This document shows, piece after piece, positions 29,465 to 39,371 of a DNA stretch of 64,000 nucleotides; position 1 is the stretch's first letter, and every line of letters starts with the position of its first letter. The notes beneath the pieces were generated by a model. That model did no database searches, was not told where the DNA came from, and saw only the letters and a list, made by a program, of their open reading frames with translations. This DNA is from an uncultured Alphaproteobacteria bacterium (GTDB lineage: Bacteria; Pseudomonadota; Alphaproteobacteria; Rhizobiales; Xanthobacteraceae), in contig CAWGKM010000003.1 of NCBI GenBank assembly GCA_963823225.1, positions 1,584,274 through 1,648,273 on the forward strand, read 5' to 3'. Made by a program: the position numbers and the translations under genes.

Positions 29465-30779
29465 ATGACACGGGCGCCATTACCCATCGCGTTGGCGGTG
29501 GCTGCTACGACCTTGACCGTCACGCCCGCTCTTGCGCAAGCCGGCAAGATCGACGCCGGCGATACCGCATGGATGATCGGCGCCACCGGGCTGGTGCTGA
29601 TGATGACTATTCCGGGCCTCGCGATGTTCTACGCCGGCATGGTGCGCAAGAAGAACGTGCTCGCCACCATGGCGCAAACTCTCGCCGCCACTTTCATCGT
29701 CTCCATCCTGTGGGTATTCATCGGCTACACGCTCACTTTCACCGGGAACGGCGCTTTTATCGGCTCGCTCGAGAAAATTTTTCTCATTGGCATAACGCCG
29801 GATGCGATTTCGCCGCTGGCAAAGACCATCCCCGAATACCTGTTCATGATGTACCAGATGACTTTCGCGATCATCACGGTTGCGTTGGTCGCGGGCTCGG
29901 TGGCGGACCGCATGCGCTTTTCCGCCTATCTGATGTTCTGCGCCTTGTGGCTGCTGCTCGTCTATGTGCCGATCGCACATTGGGTGTGGGGCGGCGGTTT
30001 TCTTAGCCGCCATGGCCTGATCGATTTCGCCGGCGGAACCGTAGTGCATCTCAACGCGGGCGTCGCCGGACTTGTGGCCGCATACGTGCTCGGTGCACGG
30101 CGCGGTTATGGCCACGAGAACCTATCGCCTTTCGATCTCACGCTGGCGGTCGCCGGTACCGGGCTGCTGTGGGTCGGCTGGTTCGGCTTCAACGGCGGCT
30201 CCGCGCTCGGCGCAAATTCGCGCGCGGTCACGGCAATCGTCGCCACCCATCTCGCCGCCAGTACCGGCGCCGTCACCTGGATGACGCTGGAATGGTGGAC
30301 CCGCGGCAAACCCTCGGTGCTTGGCATGATCTCCGGCGCAGTAGCTGGGCTCGGCACTATCACGCCCGCTTCCGGTTTTGTGCTGCCGATGCAAGCCGTG
30401 CTGATCGGCGTCATCGCCGGCTCCGTTTGCTTCTGGGCCTGCACTTGGTTCAAGCGCAACGTCGGCTACGACAATTCGCTCGACGTATTTGGTGTGCACG
30501 GGATTGGCGGCTTGACCGGCACCCTTCTCACCGGCGTGCTCGCGGTCGGCGCGCTGTCAGCGACGTCCGGAACTGCCGGGCGGCGTCCGCGGCCTCATCG
30601 AAGGCAATCCCCAACAAGTGCTGGCGCAACTCTACGGGGTCGTCGTTACCATCCTGTGGTCGGGCATCTTGACCTTGATCATCCTCAAAGCGGTCAGTGC
30701 CGTCGTGCCGCTGCGAGTTCGGCAGGAGGATGAAGTAATCGGCCTCGACGTCAGCCAGCATGGCGAGGCGCTGCAATAG
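29465..30779 (+). CDS. amtB: Ammonium transporter AmtB, frame shifts at a GGG run near 30578-30582
   Basis: Canonical Amt sequence (DFAGGTVVHLNAG, FGVHGIGGLTG). The conserved C-terminus GLIEGNPQQVLAQLYGVVVTILWSG...GLDVSQHGE is in the next frame and ends at TAG 30777-30779. Confidence 0.85.
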
Positions 30780-31191
30780 ATCAAAATGTTTAAGGGCGGC
30801 ATGTATGCCGGTGTATGAACTGGAAGGTGTTCTTTCCTTGCTCCGCCCTCAGGTAACGCAAGCCGGCGGCCAAGCCCAGTGGGCTAAAAAGAACGGCATT
30901 AGCCCGGTCCTGCGCCGCGGCGGTTTATGACCCCATTAGCGGACATAGCGTTGGGCTGCGACGCCCCAGCTATGCAGACGCGGGTCATGTCAAACCTCGG
31001 TTCAAGCGAACATTATGAAGATTTTATAGGTACTTGGACTCGCCGTCCCGTACTGTTACCGCACGGACACACTGCGCATAATTCAGAGCTATTGCACCGG
31101 ATTAATGGGTGGCGGCTGGCGGTTTCGGATGGACTGACGCGGTGCGGCGGGAGTTTAATGTGCGTCAAGTAGGAATCGGACGGGGGCCGTC

Positions 31192-31959
31192 ATGCGTCGA
31201 TCGGGTATCACACTTCTATTTGCGGCTGGTTTGTCGCTCGGTATGAGCGCCGGCGCGCTCGCCGCCGATATGGCCTTGAAGGCTCCGCCGCCCGTGCCGC
31301 TGTTCGACTGGACCGGTTTTTACGGAGGCGTCAATGTGGGTTACAGTTGGGGCAACAGCCAGTCGACGAGCTACAGCGGCGGACTTTCGGAAACAGATGT
31401 CCAGTCGATTACGCATAAGGGTTGGGAAGCGAGTGTCGAAGGTGGATATTGCTACCAGTACGCTACGACTTACGTAGCCTGTCTCGAAGCGCGCTATGAC
31501 TTTCCGAGAGAGCGCTCAAATACAATCACGTCGACCGGACTACTCCTTACGAACCTTACTTATCAGACCCAAGCTGATCCCTTTCTTGTCGGCCCTCATC
31601 TCGGATTCCTGACGGATTCAAACCACATGATGTGGTATGCCGCGGGCGGCGCTGCGTTCGGAGAAGTGGGTGGAAATGTTACGGCTACTGGTGTGGGTGG
31701 AACATCCACCGCCAACCCTGGCAACTCATCGACTACCGGTTGGTTTCTTGGTGCCGGCATCGAGCGCATGATCGATCTGCACTGGAGTTGGAAGGTCGAA
31801 TACGATTATGTGCGTTATTCGAGTAATGGCGCTACTGCCGCTTTTACAGGAACTCAATACGCTTTTCTTACCGGCAGTGGAAGCGCGGCTACCCTCGGCA
31901 GTCACGCTTACGATAATATTATGACTTTCGGAATCAACTACCATTTGGGTATGCATTAG
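31192..31959 (+). CDS. Outer-membrane beta-barrel protein (OmpA-like/porin family)
   Basis: Signal peptide ending ALAAD. Contains FDWTGFYGGVNVGYSWG, alternating beta-strand pattern, and a C-terminal aromatic region. Confidence 0.8.
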   Translation: MRRSGITLLFAAGLSLGMSAGALAADMALKAPPPVPLFDWTGFYGGVNVGYSWGNSQSTSYSGGLSETDVQSITHKGWEASVEGGYCYQYATTYVACLEARYDFPRERSNTITSTGLLLTNLTYQTQADPFLVGPHLGFLTDSNHMMWYAAGGAAFGEVGGNVTATGVGGTSTANPGNSSTTGWFLGAGIERMIDLHWSWKVEYDYVRYSSNGATAAFTGTQYAFLTGSGSAATLGSHAYDNIMTFGINYHLGMH

Positions 31960-32324
31960 TCTTCTTGAATTTGAGCGCATGACGGCACGCGTGAAGCTGC
32001 GCTGTTGATTAAATTCGGCGCTAAGTCAATCGCACTCCTAAATCCAGTGATGTTTCGGCTGCGCATTGAGAATTGTCCGCATTGGCCTGAATTACAAATG
32101 TCCGGCTGAAGCGAAGCCACCAAATTAGGAAACTAACCTCGTTCCCGCGTGTTCGATCGTCCTGCCTTGCTCGTGCTTCGATATCCGCATTTAGCCCAAG
32201 CAGACTTTGCGTGACCGCCGTCGAGAGTCCGCTTTTGGGGGAAAGCGGACATTGACCAACCGCCAAGCAAACTCGATTTATAAATACACGCCCTCGCACT
32301 CATTAATCGCTGTTAGCTGAATCA

Positions 32325-32482
32325 CCTCACCCCGGAGGGAAGAGAGCCTGCCCCGGACTTGATCCGGGGCCGAGCGAGCTCCGATTCGATTGGCGGGAGC
32401 GAGGGTGAGGGGGTTCGGAAGCTTCAGTTTTGCTCGCAACCCCGACCCCCCTCACCCCACCCTCGCCCCTGCGGGGAGGGAG
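32325..32482. repeat. Mosaic of GC-rich palindromic repeats
   Basis: CCCCGGA-cttga-TCCGGGG hairpin. GGGTGAGGGGGTTCGG pairs with CCCGACCCCCCTCACCC. CCCCTGCGGGG element. Confidence 0.6.
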
Positions 32483-32608
32483 TCAATTGCCGCGCGACGT
32501 ATCGTTCTTCAATGATCCCGAGTACTTGCACAAAGGCCGCGTCGTGACGGCGGCTAACCGGGCATTAACATCGCCCGCCTAGGGTTGCGCGCTTGCCGGG
32601 CAGGCGAA

Positions 32609-33232
32609 ATGAGCATGGCCGTCGCTGAACGAAGAGCGAGTTTGCGGGCGCTGAGCGAGGACCGCCGCCGCCACCAGCGGGTGAAGGTCAATTTGCTCGG
32701 CCGCTATATGCTGGCGGATCGCCGCGAGTTTCCCTGCCAGGTCGTGAACATGTCGCCGGGCGGCATGGCGCTGATCGCGCCGGTCGGCGGCACCGCGGGC
32801 GAACGCATCATCGCCTATGTCGATCATCTCGGCCGGCTCGAAGGCCGCATCGCGCGGCAGTTTCAGAACGGCTTTGCCATGACCATTTCGGCCACCGCGC
32901 GCAAACGCGACAAGCTCGCGGCGCAACTCACCTGGCTCGCCAACCGTCACATCCTCGGTTTGCCGGAAGACCGCCGCCACAGCCGTATCGTGCCGCGCAA
33001 CCCGGTCGGCCGCGTGATCCTGCCGAACGGCGTTAATCTCACCTGCCGCGTCATCGACATATCGGAATCCGGCGCCGGCATCGCCAGCAACGAGCGGCCG
33101 CCGATTGGCGCGCTGGTCACGCTGGGCAGGGTGCAAGGCCGCGTGGTGCGCCATCTCGAAGACGGTTTCGCCGTCGAATTTACCCGCCTCCTCCATCCCG
33201 ACTTTCTCGAAGAGAGCGTCACCGGCGGCTAG
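32609..33232 (+). CDS. Tandem PilZ-domain protein
   Basis: Two RRxxxR/H...D/NxSxxG motifs (DRRRHQRV...NMSPGGMAL and EDRRHSRI...DISESGAGI). Confidence 0.75.
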   Translation: MSMAVAERRASLRALSEDRRRHQRVKVNLLGRYMLADRREFPCQVVNMSPGGMALIAPVGGTAGERIIAYVDHLGRLEGRIARQFQNGFAMTISATARKRDKLAAQLTWLANRHILGLPEDRRHSRIVPRNPVGRVILPNGVNLTCRVIDISESGAGIASNERPPIGALVTLGRVQGRVVRHLEDGFAVEFTRLLHPDFLEESVTGG

Positions 33233-33407
33233 CGCGAGTCCGCGGCAGGCGCAGCGGCGCGCCCGGATCGCTCGCGGCGCAGAACTCCGTCACACGTGAT
33301 AAGATGTTATCCTTGGCCCTTTGGGATGGCCACGAGGCGCTCGCCGCGCACGCGCAGCAGCCGAAAGTGCCAGCAGTCGGATTCAGGGCGCCAAAGGACA
33401 ATGTGCG

Positions 33408-34397
33408 ATGGATCGGAGGAAACCGATGAGATTTTCCCGCCGTATATTTTTTCAGCTCGCAGCCGCTACCGCCGGTCTGCCGTTGATGCCTGGGCTGGCG
33501 AGTGCGGAGGTCTATCCCTCGCGGCCGGTGCACCTGATCGTCGACATTCCAGCCGGGTTAGCGCCCGACGTGTTGGCGCGGCTCATCGGACCGCCGCTTG
33601 CACAGCGGTTCGGCCAGGATTTTGTCGTCGAGAACAAGCCCGGCGCCGGGGGAAACGTAGGTGCCGAGTACGTCATACGCGCCGCACCGGACGGGTACAC
33701 GCTCCTGGTGATGATTTCAGGGAACGCCGCCAACGCCGCGCTCTATCCAAATCTCGACTTCAATTTTGTTCGCGACATCGTGCCTATCGCGTTCCTTGGC
33801 TACACGCCCTTCGTCGTCGTAGTTCATCCATCGGTTACGGCGAAGACGATCTCTGAGCTCATCGCCTACGCCAAGGCTAATCCGGGCAAGCTCAACTTTG
33901 CTTCGCAGGGCGCCGGGACGGCGCCGCATCTCGCCTTCGAACTGTTCAGGATGATTACCGGCGTGAACATCGTTCACGTGCCGTATCGCGGGTCTTATTT
34001 GCCCGATCTGCTCGCCGGCCAAGTGCAGCTCGTCTTTGCCACCGTCCCGCCGGTGCTCGGCTACATCCATACCGGCAAGCTGCGCGCGCTCGGCGTGACC
34101 AGTATGAAGCGCATGGAGGCATTGCCGGATGTGCCCCCGATAGCCGAATCCCTGCCCGGCTTCGACGGAAGCGGCTGGACCGGCGTTGGAGCGCCCAGCG
34201 GCACGCCAGCCGAAATCATCGATACGCTCAATAAGAACATCAATGCCATCATTGCCGACCCTGCGATGAAGGAGCGCTTCGTCGCGCTGGGGGCCGAGCC
34301 GGAAACGATGACGCCGTCTCAATTCGGCGCGCTGATTACCAATGCCGCCGGGAAGTGGGCGAAGGTGATCGCCTTCGCCAACCTCAAGGCGAACTGA
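33408..34397 (+). CDS. Tripartite tricarboxylate transporter substrate-binding protein (Bug/TctC family)
   Basis: Tat-like signal, YPSRPVHLIV, ENKPGAGGN and the LNFASQGAGT motif. Confidence 0.85.
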   Translation: MDRRKPMRFSRRIFFQLAAATAGLPLMPGLASAEVYPSRPVHLIVDIPAGLAPDVLARLIGPPLAQRFGQDFVVENKPGAGGNVGAEYVIRAAPDGYTLLVMISGNAANAALYPNLDFNFVRDIVPIAFLGYTPFVVVVHPSVTAKTISELIAYAKANPGKLNFASQGAGTAPHLAFELFRMITGVNIVHVPYRGSYLPDLLAGQVQLVFATVPPVLGYIHTGKLRALGVTSMKRMEALPDVPPIAESLPGFDGSGWTGVGAPSGTPAEIIDTLNKNINAIIADPAMKERFVALGAEPETMTPSQFGALITNAAGKWAKVIAFANLKAN

Positions 34398-34807
34398 ACC
34401 TGTCAGGCGGCGGCATAGGTGACGTTCGCCACCGAGGTCGCCGCGATCCTAACTGCAATTCGCAGAGCCCAATTCGCAGACAGCGTCACCGCCCAGTAAA
34501 CCCGAAGGCGACAATTTGCGGCTGGCCGGCCCGCCTGCGGCTCGACGCAGCATCGAATGGCGCGAGGCCGGCGGAGATTCCCGCGGCCGGCCCGCGCGCG
34601 CAAAGCCGCCCGCCGTGCCCGGTTGCGGCGTCGTTACAATTTGAATCAAGATAGAATAGTTCGACTTTTATACAATATTCGCGGCGTAGATCGTGCGACT
34701 TTTGCTGTGTCTTGATCCGTTTTTACTTCAAATTGAACGACTCAACTTAGCGGCGCCGCAAAAGCTTTGTGCGAAACGTGACCCCGACGATACGGGCAGG
34801 GGTCACA

Positions 34808-35440
34808 ATGAATTCGATTGCAGAAGCAATCCTCAAGCGCGGTGCGGCCGCGAGCGTCATCGCGCTCACGCTCCTCGCCGCGCCGACCGGGACTACGGCA
34901 CAGGAGCGTCCTTTGTTCATCGCGCTCGGCGAGGTCGCCCGCCCGCCCATCGGCTGGGTCGAGTTCTGCGTCGAATACGATCCGGAGTGCAAGACCAAGC
35001 CGGCGGCGCCGCGCGACGTGGTGCTTTCGGCGCAGGCTTGGAAGGATCTGCAGCGCGTCAATCTGTGGGTCAACAGCCACGTCAAGCCGATGACCGATTT
35101 GGATCATTGGGGCGTCGTCGAGCGCTGGAATTATCCGGACGACGGCTACGGCGATTGCGAAGATTACGTGCTGCAAAAGCGCAAAATGCTGATGCAGCAG
35201 GGTTGGCCGCGCGAGGCGCTGTTGATCACCGTGGTGCGCGATCAGCACGGCGACGGCCACGCCATCCTCACGGTGAAAACCGACAAGGGCGAGTACATCC
35301 TCGACAACGAGACCAACGACATCCTGTTGTGGTCCGACACCGGCTACCGCTTCGTCAAGCGCCAGTCGCAAGTCGATCCGAATGTTTGGGTCGCGCTCGG
35401 CAATACGCAGCCGGCGCCGGCCACCGCGTCCTCGCGCTAG
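34808..35440 (+). CDS. Bacterial transglutaminase-like cysteine peptidase (BTLCP family)
   Basis: Signal peptide. WNYPDDGYGDCEDYVLQKR (catalytic Cys), HAILTV (His) and LDN. Confidence 0.8.
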   Translation: MNSIAEAILKRGAAASVIALTLLAAPTGTTAQERPLFIALGEVARPPIGWVEFCVEYDPECKTKPAAPRDVVLSAQAWKDLQRVNLWVNSHVKPMTDLDHWGVVERWNYPDDGYGDCEDYVLQKRKMLMQQGWPREALLITVVRDQHGDGHAILTVKTDKGEYILDNETNDILLWSDTGYRFVKRQSQVDPNVWVALGNTQPAPATASSR

Positions 35441-35551
35441 CGCGACGCGTACCAAGGAGTTACGCGACCCCGGTCACGTCCCCACCCCTCCCCGTCCCCA
35501 GACCGGGTTCGCGCGCGGGCGGCTCTCCCCCAGGAGCCGCCCGCACCTTTT

Positions 35552-36079
35552 TCATCCGATCGGCTTCAACCCCTTGGCGTATTGCTTGAAGCGCCGGACG
35601 TAAATGTCGGCGCCGGCGGCGATCGTTTTCATCGCCGCCTCGTCGAGCGTGCGGATGGCGCGCGCCGGCGCGCCGACGATCAGCGATTTATCCGGAAAAG
35701 TTTTGCCCTCGGTGATGAGCGCGCCGGCGCCGACCAGGCAGTTGTCGCCGATGCGCGCGCCGTTGAGCACGATCGCGCCCATGCCGATAAGACTGTTGGC
35801 GCCGACCGTGCAGCCGTGCAGGATCACGTTGTGGCCGATCACGCAATCCGGCCCGATGGTCAGCGGAAAGCCGGGATCGGTATGCAGCGTCGCGTTGTCC
35901 TGAATCTGCGAACGCTCGCCGAGCTCGATCCATTCATTGTCGCCGCGCAGCACGGCGCCGAACCAGACGCTGGCGTCGAGCTTGAGCCGCACTTTGCCGA
36001 TCACCGACGCGATCGGCGCGATCCAATAGCGGCCCGCTTCCGGCAAATCCGGCCGGTGGCCGTCGAGTTCGTAGATCAT
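35552..36079 (-). CDS. Gamma-class carbonic anhydrase family / left-handed beta-helix (hexapeptide repeat) protein
   Basis: 175 aa with hexapeptide repeats. VIGHNVILHGCTVG...LIGMGAIVLNGARIG is YrdA/PaaY-like. Confidence 0.85.
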   Translation of the reverse strand: MIYELDGHRPDLPEAGRYWIAPIASVIGKVRLKLDASVWFGAVLRGDNEWIELGERSQIQDNATLHTDPGFPLTIGPDCVIGHNVILHGCTVGANSLIGMGAIVLNGARIGDNCLVGAGALITEGKTFPDKSLIVGAPARAIRTLDEAAMKTIAAGADIYVRRFKQYAKGLKPIG

Positions 36080-36091
36080 GACGAAGGAATA

Positions 36092-36435
36092 TCAGACGCT
36101 GATCAGCGTTTGAAGCGCGAGCACCACGACGGTTCCGGACATCAGGCTCCACAGCCCGGCCACACGTCGCCACCATGACGATCTCGGTGCGGCGGCCCTC
36201 GATGCGGCGGCCGCGGATCGTGTTGCGCATGATGATGAAGGGCGCGGAGAACATCAGCAGCGGGATGGCGGCAAAGCGCGCCGGCACCGGCCCGACTTCG
36301 AGCTGGCGGAAGCTCGGGAAATGCCGGCTGAACAGCCGATAGCCAGCTGGCGCACATGCCGGCGACGGCAAAGCCGATGGCGAGCGCGAAAAAAGATTCG
36401 ATCGTCTCTGGCGAAATTGCCGGCAGCATGGACAT
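36092..36435 (-). pseudogene. Small membrane protein spread over three reading frames (two frameshifts)
   Basis: MSMLPAISPETIESFFALAIGFAVAGMCASW (frame 1), then GYRLFSRHFPSFRQLEVGPVPARFAAIPLLMFSAPFIIMRN (frame 2), then AGLWSLMSGTVVVLALQTLISV* (frame 3). Length is not a multiple of 3. Confidence 0.5.
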
Positions 36436-36548
36436 CCGGGCGCCCCCTTCTGCCCAAGCCATTGCAGAGGATGCCGCGCCCCGCTACGAATTGATTAAAG
36501 AAAGGTTAATGCCGCCCGATTAAGACTTTAGCGTCCGGAGCTTAGCCG

Positions 36549-37109
36549 ATGATTTTTGCCGCCCTGCGCGCGTCGGCCATAGCGGTCGCTCCTCGCCGTT
36601 GCCGCGCCGCTGCACGCGGCGGCGCTGAACATCGTGGCGATCGGCGCCAGCAACACGACCGGCTTGGGCGTCGGCGCGCAGAACGCCTATCCCGCGGTCT
36701 TGCAGGCGCTCCTGCGCAAGAAAGGCATCAATGCCAACGTCACCAATGCCGGCGTCAATCGGCGATGTCACCGCCGGCATGCTGCCGCCGCCTCGACGCC
36801 GCCGTGCCCAAGGGCACCGATATCGTGATCTTGCAGCCCGGCGCCAACGATCTGCGCTTCTTCGGCACCAAGGAGGCCCGCGCCGCCAATATCGCGGCCA
36901 TGGTGCGCGACCTGCATTCCCGCGGCATCCGCGTCATCGTCTACGACCCGGATAAAATCCCGGACGATTTTTATCAGTGGGACCACATCCATTTTAACGC
37001 CGCGGCGCACGCCAAAATCGCGGCCATCCTTGCCGCGCAGATCGCGGCGCCGCCAAAACCGCCGCCGGCGCAACCGAACGCACCACAGTCGGGCCCGAGC
37101 AAGCCATAG
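36549..37109 (+). pseudogene. SGNH/GDSL-family hydrolase (arylesterase-like) with about three frameshifts
   Basis: Signal MIFAALRASAIAVA, then LLAVAAPLHAAALNIVAIGASNTTG...NAGVN, then GDVTAGMLP, then RLDAAVPKGTDIVILQPGANDL...DHIHFN. The segments lie in three frames with junctions near 36590, 36765 and 36790. Confidence 0.65.
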
Positions 37110-37204
37110 CGCGCGGCGAAGATTTGCTGCGGCCGGCCTGCCCCATTTGTGCATGTCGGCCGTGCGATACTGAGCCGCTGATTCGTGCAAAGCGGCACAA
37201 CGGC

Positions 37205-37948
37205 ATGACGGCGCATGCAGTTTGCGGACGCAAAACGCGCAGACAAGCGCGCGGCGTGGTTACGCTGCCGTTCGCTTGTCTGGTCCTGCTGGTGGGCGCC
37301 GCCGCGGCCTTCGTTTCCTACGTGCTGTGGCCGACCTGGCCGGGCCAACCGACGCCGCTCGATGCGCCGGCAATTCCGATCACCGTCGCCGGCGTGCTGT
37401 TCGACGTGCCGCCGGCGGCGATCCGCGAAGCGGTGCAACGTCATGCCGGGCAACAGGAGCGTATCGATCTCGCCTTCGAGTGGCCCTCGCTGACGCCGCC
37501 GCGAGCGGACGACAAGCCGGCCGACAAGACCGCGCTCAACGCCGAGAACGCCGCCGCGGCGGCGGCCGAAACCGAGAACGAGCGGCTGTTCGTCACCATT
37601 GCCGGCCTGGGCGCGGAGCTGCCGCCGCTCGAGCGGCTGCGCACCATCTATCCGCGCTATGTCGAATCCCAGGCGAGCGCGGGCCCGGACGGGCTTGCCA
37701 TTTTGCCGTTCCGCGCCGGCACGCCCTATGCGGGCGAGGATCTGGTCTATCTCGGAAGCAATCCCGAGCAATTCTTCGCCCGCTGCACGCGCCCGGGCCG
37801 GGCCGTGCCCGGCACCTGCATTCAGGAGCGGATGCTCGATGCCGCCGAGATCACGTTCCGTTTTCCACGCGATTGGTTCGGCGATTGGCGCACCGTCGCC
37901 GGCGGTTTCGACCGGCTCGTCGCGCAATTGCATTCGCGGCGAAATTAA
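37205..37948 (+). CDS. Conserved-looking membrane-anchored hypothetical protein
   Basis: One N-terminal TM helix (LPFACLVLLVGAAAAFVSYVLW), intact frame, high GC3. No family recognised. Confidence 0.5.
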   Translation: MTAHAVCGRKTRRQARGVVTLPFACLVLLVGAAAAFVSYVLWPTWPGQPTPLDAPAIPITVAGVLFDVPPAAIREAVQRHAGQQERIDLAFEWPSLTPPRADDKPADKTALNAENAAAAAAETENERLFVTIAGLGAELPPLERLRTIYPRYVESQASAGPDGLAILPFRAGTPYAGEDLVYLGSNPEQFFARCTRPGRAVPGTCIQERMLDAAEITFRFPRDWFGDWRTVAGGFDRLVAQLHSRRN

Positions 37949-37974
37949 CCGCTGCGCGCAGCGGCGGCGCAGTT

Positions 37975-38388
37975 TTAGGCTAAATCCATATCCAGAATCG
38001 GCATTTCAAGAATATAGGACCCGGGCCGCTTTTCATCATCGACAAATAATACGCCGATGAACTCGTCACCGAGGTAGGTTTCAAGCGAATCCTGTTTCTT
38101 GGCGCGCGGCACGACACGGATGGACGCGTTATCGAATTTTCGCTTCAGATACGCATCCAAGCGCTTGATCCGATCGATGTCGGCGACTTCTCCCAGATCG
38201 ATTTCCATCCGAAAATTATAGGAGAGGTCGTCGTCTTCGTCGTCGAGCTCAAGATCGCCCAACCGCTCTTCGCCGATATAGACCTCGGCTGAGCCTTCCT
38301 TTTTCGGCAGCGGCACCACGCGGATGCGGGCGTTGCCGAACAGCTTCTTCAGATAAGCGTCGAGCTTCCTGACTGCCTGAACGTCCAC
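37975..38388 (-). CDS. Tandem-duplicated DUF3126 protein (two DUF3126-like modules in one ORF)
   Basis: GTG start. Module 1 VRKLDAYLKKLFGNARIRVVPLPKKEGSAEVYIGEE. Module 2 IKRLDAYLKRKFDNASIRVVPRAKKQDSLETYLGDEFIGVLFVDDE. Confidence 0.6.
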   Translation of the reverse strand: MDVQAVRKLDAYLKKLFGNARIRVVPLPKKEGSAEVYIGEERLGDLELDDEDDDLSYNFRMEIDLGEVADIDRIKRLDAYLKRKFDNASIRVVPRAKKQDSLETYLGDEFIGVLFVDDEKRPGSYILEMPILDMDLA

Positions 38389-38426
38389 CGCGCGTCTCCT
38401 CGACCGGGATTCCGATAAGTGATAGC

Positions 38427-39243
38427 TCAAATTTCGTCTTGAAACATCTGGTCCATGGAGCGCGCGGGCTCGGGACAGCCGGCAACGCCGATCACTTTGG
38501 CCGGCACGCCGGCGACCGTCACGTTGTTCGGCACCGACTTGACCACCACGGAACCGGCGGCAATGCGCGCGCAATGCCCGACCTCGATATTGCCGAGAAT
38601 TTTGGCGCCGGCGCCGATCATCACGCCATAGCGGATTTTCGGATGCCGATCTTCGTGCTCTTTGCCGGTGCCGCCGAGCGTCACGTCATGCAGCATGGAG
38701 ACGTCATCCCCGATCACCGCGGTTTCGCCGACCACAAGCCCGGTGGCGTGATCGAGGAAAATGCCGCGGCCGATTTCGGCGGCGGGATGGATGTCGCACT
38801 GGAACACCGCCGATGAGCGGCTTTGCAGGTAAAGCGCGAAATCGCGGCGGCCCTTTTGCCAGAGCCAATGCATCAGCCGGTGCGTCTGGATGGCGTGGAA
38901 TCCCTTGTAATAGAGCACCGGCTCGATCAGGCGATGGGTCGCCGGATCGCGGTCCACGGTCGCCATCAGATCGGCGCGGAAGCTCTCCCCGATCGATGGG
39001 TTTTCCCTCGAGCGCGTCGGCATAGGCCTGCCGGATCAATTCGCCGGGCAGCGCGGCATGGTCGAGCCGCACCGCCAGCCGGTGGACGATGGCCGCTTCG
39101 AGCGTGTCATGGTGCAGGACGCTGGAATAGATGAAGGTGGCGAGTTCGGGCTCGCGCCGCACGATTTCTTCGGCCTCGCGGCGGATGCGCGCCCAGACCG
39201 GATCGACCTTATCGAGTGCCGGTTTTGCCTGATACTGCGCCAT
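38427..39243 (-). CDS. cysE: Serine O-acetyltransferase, frame shifts near 39000-39015
   Basis: The N-terminal SATase helical domain (DPVWARIRREAEEIVRREPELATFIYSSVLHH) is in the 39243 frame. The hexapeptide core (DIHPAAEIGRGIFLDHATGLVVGETAVIGDDVSMLHDVTLGG) is in the 39023 frame. Confidence 0.85.
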
Positions 39244-39371
39244 CGCTGTCTCCCGGGAAAATGGCGTGACCTTCTATCATATTGGGCGGCGGCTAGGCCA
39301 AAACCAAGGGGCAAGGCTTATCGGCCAAAGGCCTGGAATATAGGGCCAATGGCCTAGTTCGCGGGCCTAGT

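Noticed and set aside
30804-30930. A 41-codon ORF (MPVYELEGVLSLLRPQVTQAGGQAQWAKKNGISPVLRRGGL) looks like a fragment of a Cro/HTH-type protein downstream of amtB.
   Set aside because: It is too short, has no recognisable full HTH and no ribosome-binding site. It is probably a relic or a chance ORF.
31960-32320. Lower-GC 360-bp stretch after the porin gene, with a 92-aa minus-strand ORF (32021..32299); considered as an IS or prophage remnant.
   Set aside because: The translation has no recognisable motif and there are no inverted repeats at the borders. It is left unannotated.
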